Positions 8,904-18,957 are shown, counted from the stretch's first letter. The stretch is DNA of 64,000 nucleotides from Leptospira sp. (GCA_034439575.1 JAWXAQ010000015.1:96001-160000), one strand, 5' to 3'. Notes: generated by a model from the sequence alone, not told the origin. Program-made: numbers and translations.

Positions 8904-11900
8904 ATGGGCTTAGAGATCATTTTACTCCCCTTTTTAGCAAGCGTTGCAGTGACAATCGGCCTTCGTCGATTGGACAAATCCAATGCCAAACTTTCGCAAT
9001 TGAAGCGTTATGCGTCAAAGTTAACGGAAGAAATACATAATTCAGCACTTCAAAAAATCCAATCCGTAAAAGATGCGGGAATTGATTTGGATATCTTAGT
9101 AAAACAATCAAGAAAAGTGGCTGAAGAAATACAGCACCTAAGTACTGATTCGCGAGATTTATTTGAAAAGATAAAAGCAAGTAAAGATTATTTATCCTCT
9201 TTATCTGGAGAATTGGAACAAGTAACTTACCTCGGAATGGAAGTTAGACGAGAGACTGCCGCCATGGAATCTGGAATCAGTCAAATCCAATCTCACAAAA
9301 GAGAACTTGAATTAGTTTCACAAGATATGGATTCACTTCACGAAGAAAGTTCAACACTGCTCGAATCGTTTCAATCAAAACTGAACTTAAGATCTGATGA
9401 AATATTGCAATCCGTTGCGCATAAGATGGTCGAATTAGAAAGTTTGCTCGAATCTAAATCTGATTCTTTGGATCAATCTATCGAACATATTGCACGCCAA
9501 GCAAAAGAAAAATTATTATCACATGCTGATGTGATGGTACAAGAATCGACAGGTCGACTCGACCAAGCGCGAAAAGAAATGGATACTCTTTTTGATTCCA
9601 TGCGGATGGCACAAAATGAACTTGATCTTAGATTTACAAAGTTTGACGATACATCATCTTTATTATCAGACAAAGTAGACAAATTTGATGACAAAATCGA
9701 AGACAAATACAACCGCACATCACAAAAGTTAGATGAAAAAGTATCAAATCTTGAAAAGAAAATTCAAGAACGTTTTGATGGCATCTTTGAACAAGTAAGT
9801 CATACAAAAGATTCCTTTATGAAGGGACTGCACCAAGAGACAGAGACCATCAAACGTGAAATCGAAGATATGTCATTGGAAACTTTGACAAAACGTGATG
9901 AAATCATAAACGAAACTAGACGTCAAGCAGATCAAATCAACCAAACAATTATTAGTTTTCAAGAAAAGTACCTCGAAGCTGAAAATAAATTATTACGCCA
10001 AGCAGATACTCGCAAACAAGAACTTATCAGAGAAATCGAAGCCTTTAGCGATGAGTTTCATAGAATCTCAGAAGAACTTCGCGAAGAAGCATCCACTCTC
10101 AAAAAGAGCGCCTTACAAGAATTAAAAGATTATGATAAAGATTTGGAAGAAGTACGCCAAAATCAAGAAGTGCAAATCAAATCTTCCCTTCTTTCACTCA
10201 AAAATGAATTAGAAGAAAAAATCAGAAATACCTTTAAAGAAACCGAATCCGAATTAAATCACCAATTACAGAATTTAGAATCACAGATCCAAAGTTTGGG
10301 TGAAAACGTAACGAATCATACAAAAGAAGTGGATGAATACGTTGAAGATTTAAAAGGAGCACTGCGTGAAACTGCTTCAGAAATTCTAGAATCGGCTGAA
10401 GAAAAAGCACGAAATTCCGAAGAAATCGTTACTGAAAAAATTTGCATTGCAAATACAAATTTAGAACAATTCGTTCACAAATGGGAAAGTGAACTTTCAA
10501 ATCTCAAAGATGACCAAGATGAATCTATAGAAACTTTACAAGATCGATTAAAAGAGATTCATATCGAAGGTAAAGATTTGTTAGGATCTTTCCAATTAGA
10601 ATATAAAAAAGCCTCTGAAGCACTTGATGAAAGAGCGAATCTAAAAGGTAAAGAGATCATTTCCAAAATTGAAGAAGAGTCAAAATTTGCACATAACGAA
10701 GTGGAGAGGATTTTACGAACACTAGAAGATTCAGGCAATGCATTCTTTACATCACAAGAAGAAAAGATGGATCGCTTAAATGAAACTATTGATTCAAAGA
10801 TTTCGCACCAGCTAACAAAACTCCTCGACAAAGGAAATGTGCAACTCGGTCAATTAGAAGAAAAAATCACACTTCACCTAATTACAGTTCGTAAAAATTT
10901 AGAAGAAAGCATCAAACGATCCAAAGAAGAATCAAAAAGGCAAATTGAGACCTATCAAAAAGACTATGAAAAATCCTTTAAGGAAATTGCAAAAGATAGC
11001 CGCGATTTTTTAAGAGAAACACAATCCCAATTTACAGAACTCAAATCAGATATTGAATCTGGTTTGTCCGATTTGAATGAAGTACGCACAGAAACACTAT
11101 CAGAATTTAGATCTGAAATGGAATCAATGTCATCAGTTATCTCAGAACTGAAAAATGACTTAGAAGAGGTGCAAGAACATACGGAACTCTTTGTGAATGC
11201 CAAAGAAATTGCCGAAAAATCAGAAAAGGCAGTTTTGGAAATCAAACAAGCACTAGACGATATCCAAAATGAAAAACCAACTCTTGAATCTTATAAAGAA
11301 ACAATAGAAACTTTTTTGAGTCTGCAACAAGATATAAATTTAGAATTGGAAAAACTTTCTGCCACCCAAGATAGATCCAGTGACCTTGACCAACAAATTC
11401 AAATCCTTGCATCTAATCTCAATTATGTGACAGAAAAAATCAATTTTTTCCAAGAAACCTTACCTGAGATAGACGGATTAGAAAAAAGAATTTCTGGAAT
11501 TGTCGGCGAACAAACAAAAATCGAAACTTTTTTATCTTCTCTGAGCGAATCCGAAGATTCGGTCATCCAATTGGCAGACAATCTAGAATTGCAAAAACAC
11601 AACACCAGAGAAGTGCAGGCAAGACTAGATATTTTGGATAGAGAAATCGGTGTCGTCGAAGCTCGGGAGAAAGAACTTGCCGAATCTATCCGGGTCGCTG
11701 AGAACAAAACATCCTTTCTCGTCGAACGTTCTACCCAGATGGAATCTGTGGAACGAAAGTTTGATAAGATTGAAGAATTGATGGGCGATTTGTCTGACCG
11801 ACACAAACAAATACTAACACTACAAAAACGTTTAGAAGAGTTACGCGAGACTTCGGTCGAAACCAAAGACGATTTAGAATCACTATTGGGAGAAGCGGAT

Positions 11901-12146
11901 GAGACGTTTGAAAAACTTTCTCAGTTTTTGGATATTGTTCAAGGTTCCATGCAGTCTCCGCAAGTTAGTACAAAAGAGAAATCGGAAACTCAGCGAAAAT
12001 CAGTACAAAATCCACTAATTGAGCGAAAAAGAGCTACGATTTTGAGCCTTTACGATAATTACCAATGGTCGGCTGAGGCAATTAGCGAAAAATTAAATAT
12101 TGAAAAATCCCTAGTGGATACGATCCTCGGAGCAAGAAAGAAATAA
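8904..12146 (+). CDS. SpiroCoCo-family long coiled-coil protein, N-terminal TM helix, C-terminal HTH-like segment
   Basis: 1080 aa, E/K/L-rich heptads, TM then LRRLDKSNAKLSQLKRYA; C-terminus TILSLYDNYQWSAEAISEKLNIEKSLVDTIL. Confidence 0.8.
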   Translation: MGLEIILLPFLASVAVTIGLRRLDKSNAKLSQLKRYASKLTEEIHNSALQKIQSVKDAGIDLDILVKQSRKVAEEIQHLSTDSRDLFEKIKASKDYLSSLSGELEQVTYLGMEVRRETAAMESGISQIQSHKRELELVSQDMDSLHEESSTLLESFQSKLNLRSDEILQSVAHKMVELESLLESKSDSLDQSIEHIARQAKEKLLSHADVMVQESTGRLDQARKEMDTLFDSMRMAQNELDLRFTKFDDTSSLLSDKVDKFDDKIEDKYNRTSQKLDEKVSNLEKKIQERFDGIFEQVSHTKDSFMKGLHQETETIKREIEDMSLETLTKRDEIINETRRQADQINQTIISFQEKYLEAENKLLRQADTRKQELIREIEAFSDEFHRISEELREEASTLKKSALQELKDYDKDLEEVRQNQEVQIKSSLLSLKNELEEKIRNTFKETESELNHQLQNLESQIQSLGENVTNHTKEVDEYVEDLKGALRETASEILESAEEKARNSEEIVTEKICIANTNLEQFVHKWESELSNLKDDQDESIETLQDRLKEIHIEGKDLLGSFQLEYKKASEALDERANLKGKEIISKIEEESKFAHNEVERILRTLEDSGNAFFTSQEEKMDRLNETIDSKISHQLTKLLDKGNVQLGQLEEKITLHLITVRKNLEESIKRSKEESKRQIETYQKDYEKSFKEIAKDSRDFLRETQSQFTELKSDIESGLSDLNEVRTETLSEFRSEMESMSSVISELKNDLEEVQEHTELFVNAKEIAEKSEKAVLEIKQALDDIQNEKPTLESYKETIETFLSLQQDINLELEKLSATQDRSSDLDQQIQILASNLNYVTEKINFFQETLPEIDGLEKRISGIVGEQTKIETFLSSLSESEDSVIQLADNLELQKHNTREVQARLDILDREIGVVEAREKELAESIRVAENKTSFLVERSTQMESVERKFDKIEELMGDLSDRHKQILTLQKRLEELRETSVETKDDLESLLGEADETFEKLSQFLDIVQGSMQSPQVSTKEKSETQRKSVQNPLIERKRATILSLYDNYQWSAEAISEKLNIEKSLVDTILGARKK

Positions 12147-12163
12147 AATCCTCCGAGGAAACC

Positions 12164-12367
12164 ATGTCAGAAGACCAAAACGAATCGACGTCGAAAGAAA
12201 CACTTATTGTTGCATCAAAAGTAAAAGCATACATCAAATCCAAAGGATTTATGACAGCTGGTGATGCGATTGAAGGCCTAAACGAAGAAGTTTACCGCCT
12301 TATCGACAAAGCTTTAGAAAGAACTGCTTCCAATAAAAGAACGACTGCAAGATCTACTGATTTTTAG
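12164..12367 (+). CDS. bacterial histone (histone-fold nucleoid protein)
   Basis: LIVASKVKAYIK...AGDAIEGLNEEV..LIDKALERTASNKRTTARSTDF, with the histone-fold RxT..xD motif; GAGG RBS; resembles Bd0055-type and Leptospira histones. Confidence 0.88.
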   Translation: MSEDQNESTSKETLIVASKVKAYIKSKGFMTAGDAIEGLNEEVYRLIDKALERTASNKRTTARSTDF

Positions 12368-12373
12368 TCATTC

Positions 12374-13129
12374 GTGATTTACATTAAGAACAAATCAGAA
12401 ATTGATAAAATGAGAAAGGCGGGCGCATTCGCCGCGAAACTTCTCAACCATCTTGGTCCTTTCGTGAAAGTTGGTGCCAATACCCTGGAACTCAACGATC
12501 TGGCGGAAGATTTTACAAAAAAACACGGCCACCGTTCAGCTCCTTTGGGTTATAAAGGTTTTCCAAAATCGATTTGTTCTTCTATCAATAATGTAGTCTG
12601 CCACGGGATTCCCAAAAAAGAGGATATCTTAAAGGACGGTGATATTATCAATTTAGATGTATCACCCATCGTGGATGGCTACATTGGCGATACTTCCCGC
12701 ACTTTTTTTGTGGGTACCCCAAGCCCTGAAATCAAACAGCTCGTCGAAGATACAGAAAAATCTATGTGGATTGGCATTGAACAAGTCAAACCTGGAAACA
12801 GAGTGGATGAAATCGGCAATGCGATCGATGACTTTCTCACACCGAAAGGTTACGGTATAGTGCGGGATCTTATGGGTCACGGTGTGGGTAGAAATTTTCA
12901 TGAAGAACCACAGATACCTCATTTCCGTATGAGTCGCAAACTAGCAAAAATGGAAGCCGGAATGATTTTTACCATCGAACCAATGGTCAATTTAGGAACT
13001 TGGGAAGTCAATTTTGACAGACAAGACAAATGGACGGTTCGTACTAAAGACGGAAAATGGTCTGCCCAATTCGAACACACATTACTGGTTACAGACAAAG
13101 GCTACGAAGTCCTAACCCAAGAAAGCTAA
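12374..13129 (+). CDS. map: methionine aminopeptidase type I
   Basis: SINNVVCHGIP, DGYIGDTSRT, GHGVG, FTIEPM, SAQFEHT motifs. Confidence 0.97.
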   Translation: MIYIKNKSEIDKMRKAGAFAAKLLNHLGPFVKVGANTLELNDLAEDFTKKHGHRSAPLGYKGFPKSICSSINNVVCHGIPKKEDILKDGDIINLDVSPIVDGYIGDTSRTFFVGTPSPEIKQLVEDTEKSMWIGIEQVKPGNRVDEIGNAIDDFLTPKGYGIVRDLMGHGVGRNFHEEPQIPHFRMSRKLAKMEAGMIFTIEPMVNLGTWEVNFDRQDKWTVRTKDGKWSAQFEHTLLVTDKGYEVLTQES

Positions 13130-13198
13130 ATTTCGAAGATTTTTTTCTTGTTAAACCGAAAAAAATTGAGTCTATTAGAAAAACTTGTAGGAGTATTT

Positions 13199-13345
13199 AT
13201 GAAACTATCATTCACAACATTCGCAATTCTTAGTCTTTTTGGTGCAAGTCTGTTTGCCACAATATGTCCTGGAAAAGAAAAACGTTCCGAGTTTTGCCCA
13301 GGTAAAGAAAAAAGAACTTTAGATTGCCCGAGCGACGGAAAATAA
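13199..13345 (+). CDS. small secreted Cys-repeat peptide (48 aa)
   Basis: AGGAG RBS before ATG 13199; signal peptide MKLSFTTFAILSLFGASLFA followed by CPGKEKR x2 and CPSDGK. Confidence 0.7.
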   Translation: MKLSFTTFAILSLFGASLFATICPGKEKRSEFCPGKEKRTLDCPSDGK

Positions 13346-13385
13346 TTCTTTCCGTTTCCATTCTTAGGTAATGCGGCTAGGCTCC

Positions 13386-13781
13386 ATGTCAAAAGCGATT
13401 CTATTTGTAGACGATGAACAGATCATTTTGATGAGCCTAAAGTCTCAGCTCAAAAAACATTTTGGCAATGAGTATCGATATGAAACGGCTCAAAATACTG
13501 AAGAAGCATGGTCCATCATAGAAGAGTTAGCCGAAGAAGACATTCATATTCTAATCATTATTTCTGATTGGCTTATGCCCAATCAAAGGGGTGATGAATT
13601 TTTACGAGAAGTTCATAAGAGTTATCCTGGGATTAAAAAAATTATTATTTCAGGTCATATTGATGAAAATTCTCTCAACAAATTAAAAGGTGAAGTTAAC
13701 TTACATAGTTTCCTGAATAAACCTTGGTCTGAGTCTGATTTGATAAAAAAAGTGGAAGACGCTATTACGAAGATTGCCTAG
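13386..13781 (+). CDS. single-domain response regulator
   Basis: ILFVDDE, ISDWLMP, ISGH, FLNKPW receiver motifs. Confidence 0.9.
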   Translation: MSKAILFVDDEQIILMSLKSQLKKHFGNEYRYETAQNTEEAWSIIEELAEEDIHILIIISDWLMPNQRGDEFLREVHKSYPGIKKIIISGHIDENSLNKLKGEVNLHSFLNKPWSESDLIKKVEDAITKIA

Positions 13782-13805
13782 ATTCCAATTTGGAATACTT
13801 AGGTA

Positions 13806-14606
13806 ATGGAAAAAATAATAGAAAATATCATAGAAGATTTATCACTCGTTCGAAAAAACTCTCCTCTAGTTCATAATATTACAAACTACGTCGTCATGAA
13901 CAATACAGCCAATGCGTTGTTAGCTGTTGGAGCATCTCCGATAATGGCTCATGCGATTGAAGAAGTCGAAGACATGATCAGCATTTCAGGAGTGCTTGTC
14001 ATCAATATCGGTACTCTTTCTGAACCTTGGATCCAAGCTATGGAAAAGGCTATGAAAAAAGCAAAGGCTCTTGGAAAACCAATCGTATTTGACCCAGTCG
14101 GTGCTGGTGCCAGTGGTTTCCGCAATCAAACCATTAAACGACTGCTAGATGCCGCTTCGCCAAGTATCATACGGGGTAATGCCTCTGAAATTATCGCTAC
14201 CCTATCTTCATCAGGAAAAACGAAAGGAGTGGACTCAGTTGATTCCAGTGAATCGGCTGTGGACACTGGAAAAAAATTAAGTGAGATCACGGGTGGAACC
14301 GTCGTTATCTCAGGTGCCACAGATTATATAGTCACAGGCGGATCCTTACTCAAAGTATCCAATGGTGATGCCATGATGACAAAAGTGACTGGTCTCGGAT
14401 GCACGGCTACAGCACTTAACGGAGCTTTTGTGGCTGTTCAAAAAGACACAGCAAGAGCCGCTTTATCTGCGATGGCAGTAATGGGAATCGCAGGAGAAAT
14501 CGCAAAAACAAAATCGGAAGGGCCTGGAAGTTTTCAATTAAACTTTCTTGATGCATTATTTACAATCAATGCGGATGACATTAGAAAGAAATTCAAAGAA
14601 TCCTAA
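13806..14606 (+). CDS. thiM: hydroxyethylthiazole kinase
   Basis: PLVHNITNYV, ANALLAVGASPIMA, DPVGAGAS, RGNASEI, TGLGC. Confidence 0.95.
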   Translation: MEKIIENIIEDLSLVRKNSPLVHNITNYVVMNNTANALLAVGASPIMAHAIEEVEDMISISGVLVINIGTLSEPWIQAMEKAMKKAKALGKPIVFDPVGAGASGFRNQTIKRLLDAASPSIIRGNASEIIATLSSSGKTKGVDSVDSSESAVDTGKKLSEITGGTVVISGATDYIVTGGSLLKVSNGDAMMTKVTGLGCTATALNGAFVAVQKDTARAALSAMAVMGIAGEIAKTKSEGPGSFQLNFLDALFTINADDIRKKFKES

Positions 14607-15222
14607 AAAACGAATACGCGGTTTGTATTTAGTTACAGACCGCGATCTTTGCCTTTACCATGATTTAGAAACTGTAATACGTTTGGCGGTCCGTGGTGGA
14701 GTACAAATTGTCCAATTACGTGAAAAACATTTAAATTCACGTGATTTTTTGGACTTAGCCTTCAAAATTAAAAAAATTCTCTCAGATACAGATGTTCCCC
14801 TACTTATCAATGATCGTATAGATATAGCCTTGGCCTGTGATGCCGAGGGAGTCCATCTGGGACAAACGGATCTTCCTGTAAAAATTGCACGTGAAATACT
14901 GGGACCTTCGGCCATCATTGGACTTTCCGTAGAATCTATGTTAGATATTAAGGATGAAGAATTATCTTTGGTAGATTATCTCGGAGTATCACCTATTTAT
15001 AATACACTTACAAAAACTGATACCAAAACTCCTTGGGGTATCGAAGGATTAAAAAAAGTGAGAAGTAGTACAGACAAACCTCTCGTGGCCATAGGTGGCA
15101 TCAATGAAAGTAATGCCTTGGAAATGATAAAGGCGGGAGCAGACTCTCTCGCTGTTGTGTCTTATCTTTGTTCGGCGAAAGACCCAGAACTCAATGCTAA
15201 AAATATATCATGTTTGTTTTGA
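14575..15222 (+). CDS. thiE: thiamine-phosphate synthase
   Basis: LYLVTD, VQLREK, LINDRIDIA, GVHLGQTD, VAIGGI; start uncertain. Confidence 0.93.
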   Translation: MTLERNSKNPKKRIRGLYLVTDRDLCLYHDLETVIRLAVRGGVQIVQLREKHLNSRDFLDLAFKIKKILSDTDVPLLINDRIDIALACDAEGVHLGQTDLPVKIAREILGPSAIIGLSVESMLDIKDEELSLVDYLGVSPIYNTLTKTDTKTPWGIEGLKKVRSSTDKPLVAIGGINESNALEMIKAGADSLAVVSYLCSAKDPELNAKNISCLF

Positions 15223-15232
15223 AATAAAAAAT

Positions 15233-16228
15233 TCAATTTATATCTTTTTGTTTTTTTAGTAAATTTTTTGACTTTTGATTTTCATTATTTAGCTTTGCCA
15301 GATTGCGATTCCATTTTTTGACACCAATTCTTTGAATGCTTGTATTTTGAAATATATTATCAAATTCTTCTGAATTTAAAAGCTTCGATAAATTTAAATT
15401 TTCTTCAGCAAATATACCTCTAGGTTGAAATTCTGAAACTCGTGATTCAATTTGATTTCGTTTTGCTTTGATTTGATTCCATGGACAAACTTCCTGACAA
15501 ATATCACATCCATAGAGCCAGCCATTTAGAGAAATATCTTCAGGAATATCATCATTCTCATTTTCTATATTATGTTGTGATATGCATAGACTAGCATTGA
15601 TTTGGTATTCAGCAAATAAAGCACCAGTGGGACACGCATCTAAACAAGCGCGACAACTTCCACAATGATCAGTAGAAATATTTAAAGGTATTTCCCATTC
15701 GTAATCTGTCAGGATTGTGGAAATAAAAAAATAAGATCCTATTTCAGGATGGATTAAATTTGTATTTTTTCCCATCCAACCGATACCTGCTTGTTTGGCG
15801 AAGATTTTTTCTGGTATAGGTAAACTATCAACTGATTGTCGAAAATGAAATTCTGGATAATTTTGTTTTAAATATTTCAATAATGGTTTTGCCCTCTCGC
15901 GTAAAACTGAATGATAATCTTCTCCTAACGCATAACGAGACACTTTGGGATTCATACTTGCGAGTAAATCTTCCGACTTTTCGGATCTATACAACAAACC
16001 CAAACATATAACAGACTTGGGAATAAAACCCAAATGTTTTAAATGCAATCGGATTTCCATGCTGTTTTCCTTTGCATACCAACCCATTTGACCATGATGC
16101 CCCGATTGAACCCAATTTGAAATATACAGCCGTTCCGCGTCTGAAATTTCAGCTTTTGTGAAACCTACTATATCAAAGCCTGAACTCAAACAAAACGCTT
16201 TTATCTTTTCAAGATCGAGAGAATGCAA
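15233..16228 (-). CDS. queG: epoxyqueuosine reductase
   Basis: SRYALGEDYH, AGIGWMGKN, CGSCRACLDACPTGA, GCDICQEVCPWN. Confidence 0.93.
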   Translation of the reverse strand: MHSLDLEKIKAFCLSSGFDIVGFTKAEISDAERLYISNWVQSGHHGQMGWYAKENSMEIRLHLKHLGFIPKSVICLGLLYRSEKSEDLLASMNPKVSRYALGEDYHSVLRERAKPLLKYLKQNYPEFHFRQSVDSLPIPEKIFAKQAGIGWMGKNTNLIHPEIGSYFFISTILTDYEWEIPLNISTDHCGSCRACLDACPTGALFAEYQINASLCISQHNIENENDDIPEDISLNGWLYGCDICQEVCPWNQIKAKRNQIESRVSEFQPRGIFAEENLNLSKLLNSEEFDNIFQNTSIQRIGVKKWNRNLAKLNNENQKSKNLLKKQKDIN

Positions 16229-16241
16229 ATTTATTACCTAA

Positions 16242-16622
16242 ATGAATGATATGGAAGCATATCCAACTTTCAATGATAAATTTTCTCATTTACTGCATTG
16301 TAATGATGGGGAAATTATATTATCTATATTTAATCAAATATTGAATGAAGTCCCTATTAAGAAAGATATTGATGAACTTTTAAAGAATGGAATTTTATTA
16401 GCAATTTTGAAATCAATCCTCACACTTATGCAGCGTGAGATCAATCCTACGTCGAAAGAAATTCTTGGCGAATATCAATATCTTATAAATGAAATTGAAG
16501 AAGTCTATTTTAAGTTAAATCCCACAAATGAATCGAATTGGTTAGAAGAGTGTATCGCTTATGGGGATAAAAAAGCGTACCACTGGGAATGGAAACATTT
16601 TGGTTCTAAGGAATTATTTTGA
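16242..16622 (+). CDS. hypothetical protein
   Basis: 126-aa ORF divergent from queG. Confidence 0.6.
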   Translation: MNDMEAYPTFNDKFSHLLHCNDGEIILSIFNQILNEVPIKKDIDELLKNGILLAILKSILTLMQREINPTSKEILGEYQYLINEIEEVYFKLNPTNESNWLEECIAYGDKKAYHWEWKHFGSKELF

Positions 16623-16640
16623 AAGTGAAATAGTGATCAG

Positions 16641-17705
16641 CTATTTTTTTTTAATTTCAAATCGATAAACTCGCTGCATAGCAATCTCATCTAAACCAAG
16701 GATGGAAATACCAACTATAATGTGTTTGTTGATCTTTGAAATTTCCATTAGTCCGAAATTTTCTTTTGTATAAATGATGCTTTTTCTGCGACTATCTTCC
16801 ACTTCAATGGCTCTTTGTGGAATTGGCTTATTCATGGAACTTGAGGTGATATCAATAATTTGAAAGTCAGAATTTATTTTTTCTTCAAATATTTCAGCTA
16901 TGTGCCTATCTCCAGAAAGAATCAGATTTTTCCCTTTGGCATATTTTTCGAGAAGGGATATTAGTTTGCGCCGATCTTTTGGGAAATTACTCCATTTTTC
17001 GAAACGATGAGTATCGTTTAATACTTGTATGCTGGATGCGATTATGTACAAATCCGACTTTTCGTGCAGCTCTTTTTCTAACCAGACCCATTGTTCTTGA
17101 CCAAGTAAACTCGAGTTTATATCCTCATTGGGAATATACTCTCTTAGACCATCAGCTTCTGAAGTTTTTTCTTTGAGTTCGGTTCGAAATGAGCGAGTAT
17201 CCAATAAAATAAGCTTTATTTTTAGTCCTTGGAATAAAATTTTTTCTGAGGAAAAGATACCCTCCCTTTTTCGCATAACCGAATCAAGGGGAACATCTAA
17301 AAATTCCAAGAACAAATCTTTTGATTCATTTTTTAAGGGATAATCTTCACCGACATCATTGTAACCATAATCATGATCATCCCATACTCCTAAAATTTTT
17401 GTCCCTTGTTTCAATAAATTGTAATCTACATTTGACTTTTGTAAGTCATACGCTATTTTTTTTTCATCCATTTCAAAGGTATCTTGATAAATATTATCAC
17501 CTAACCATAACCAAATATTTGGTTCAGTCTTTAGAACGGACTTCCAAATTTTTTTTTCTAATTTTTGATCAAGGCAAGAGCCAAATGCGATTCGATATTT
17601 ATGCATTTGATCGGATTCTTTACTTTGTATAGAATTCTGAAAAAATAGTAATGCAAAAAATAGTATGCTTAATGTTAAAAATCGTAAGGAAACATTTTCT
17701 TTCAT
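16641..17705 (-). CDS. alkaline phosphatase D family protein
   Basis: Signal peptide, IAFGSC, LGDNIY, WDDHDY, LDTR, LSGDRH. Confidence 0.9.
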   Translation of the reverse strand: MKENVSLRFLTLSILFFALLFFQNSIQSKESDQMHKYRIAFGSCLDQKLEKKIWKSVLKTEPNIWLWLGDNIYQDTFEMDEKKIAYDLQKSNVDYNLLKQGTKILGVWDDHDYGYNDVGEDYPLKNESKDLFLEFLDVPLDSVMRKREGIFSSEKILFQGLKIKLILLDTRSFRTELKEKTSEADGLREYIPNEDINSSLLGQEQWVWLEKELHEKSDLYIIASSIQVLNDTHRFEKWSNFPKDRRKLISLLEKYAKGKNLILSGDRHIAEIFEEKINSDFQIIDITSSSMNKPIPQRAIEVEDSRRKSIIYTKENFGLMEISKINKHIIVGISILGLDEIAMQRVYRFEIKKK

Positions 17706-17860
17706 AAATCAAATTTGTAATAGTTAAAAAAGTAAGTCCAGCGAGTTCTAACGTACAATTATAGAAAAAAAAAATCTTAACAAGAAAATGTTACATTTCT
17801 AATCGATCACTATATATTAGTAGAACCGGCCAAATTAAAAGCAATATAAATAAATTGATC

Positions 17861-18017
17861 TCTAAACGAACTAGGCTACACGACGTTGTTCGTAACTGAA
17901 CCTCGTGTTAGTATCAGCGCGTCTTCTTTAAGAGCAAGAAGTCTGACGGAGGACTATGCGCCTTTAGACCGAGCGAGGGCGAAAATTCCGAGCGGAGCGT
18001 GTTTGCCGCAGTTATAC
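17861..18017 (-). repeat. attC-like site 1 (157 bp)
   Basis: On the - strand runs from inverse core GTATAAC to GTTTAGA; GC-rich imperfect palindrome homologous to 18801-18957 (shared AACGAACTAGGCTACACGACGTTGT, GCAAGAAG, TGACGGAGG, AGCGGAGCG, GTTATACG). Confidence 0.75.
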
Positions 18018-18033
18018 GAAGTTTGTGCTTTAA

Positions 18034-18459
18034 TTAAGCTTTTATCATTCTTTCATTGATGATTTTCAAAGACTTTCCTTTCTTTGATTTATAAGAACAA
18101 AAGTCACTATCTAAAGCGAATATATTATGAATATCGGAAACTTCAGAAATTGTCATAAGTGAAGCGTCAGCAAAATCCATTGGTCGATCAAAATATTTGT
18201 CCATGAAAAACAATATGGAGCTAAATTGTCCATTATCCTGGTTTAATATTGAAATAGCATTGTTATCAATCCATTCGATAAATGCCCTTTGTATTCTCTT
18301 ATTGTCTGACAATAAATAAGAAACTTCGGTAACAACTGCAAGTGATGTAAATAATTTACCTTTAAAATTCTTTAGAAAGGATCTACACTCAAGACAATAA
18401 TTATCAGATTCATCGAAAAAAGCAACGATGGGACCGGTATCAATAATTGCTTTTATCAT
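18034..18459 (-). CDS. vapC: VapC-family PIN-domain toxin
   Basis: IIDTG, VVTEV, MDFADAS, LDSDF acidic PIN residues; overlaps the antitoxin stop. Confidence 0.9.
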   Translation of the reverse strand: MIKAIIDTGPIVAFFDESDNYCLECRSFLKNFKGKLFTSLAVVTEVSYLLSDNKRIQRAFIEWIDNNAISILNQDNGQFSSILFFMDKYFDRPMDFADASLMTISEVSDIHNIFALDSDFCSYKSKKGKSLKIINERMIKA

Positions 18460-18700
18460 TTAAGTTTTTTTTCAATGCTTCTTTTATATATTTCTGATGG
18501 TTAATTGATTTATCGGAAATTCCGCTTTTATAAAGTCCGAAATATTTTTCACCTAATTCATATGCTGAAGGTTGCTTTGCGAAATTATCTATATAGTAAA
18601 CTAAAGATTCTTTAATTACTTCCGATTTGCTTTTATTTTCTATTTTAGCAACTTCTGATAGTTTTTTTTCAAGTTCTTCTGGTAATCTTAAGCTGATCAT
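18440..18700 (-). CDS. ribbon-helix-helix (CopG-like) antitoxin
   Basis: MISLRLPEELEKKL...KSKSEVIKESL; start set at 18700 by homology to 19364-19624. Confidence 0.88.
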   Translation of the reverse strand: MISLRLPEELEKKLSEVAKIENKSKSEVIKESLVYYIDNFAKQPSAYELGEKYFGLYKSGISDKSINHQKYIKEALKKNLNDKSNY

Positions 18701-18702
18701 AA

Positions 18703-18748
18703 TAACCTTGTGATACAAGTGTATCACAAGGTTAGATTTTCTTGTCAA
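18703..18748 (-). promoter_or_regulatory. TA promoter and palindromic operator
   Basis: Perfect 15-bp inverted repeat TAACCTTGTGATACA-AG-TGTATCACAAGGTTA (18703-18734); TTGACA on the - strand at 18743-18748. Confidence 0.75.
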
Positions 18749-18800
18749 GAGTTTGTTTTCTTCTTTATTCGAATCAAAAAATCCATTTAGCACAAATATC

Positions 18801-18957
18801 GCATAACGAACTAGGCTACACGACGTTGTCCGTAGCTGAGCCTCGCAGAGGCTTTAGCGTCGGCGCGACTTCTTGCAGCGCAAGAAGCGTGACGGAGGAC
18901 AATGTGCCTTTAGGCCAAGTATAAGTACCAAGCGGAGCGAGTCAGCCGTTGTTATAC
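18801..18957 (-). repeat. attC-like site 2 (157 bp)
   Basis: - strand GTATAAC...GTTATGC; internal hairpins CTTCTTGC/GCAAGAAG and AGCCTC/GAGGCT; same length as site 1. Confidence 0.8.

Noticed and set aside
13781-13806. TPP riboswitch upstream of thiM
   Set aside because: Only 24 bp of intergenic space and no CTGAGA-type aptamer core
18742-18924. 60-aa ORF spanning the attC-like site
   Set aside because: Spurious frame through a GC-rich palindrome
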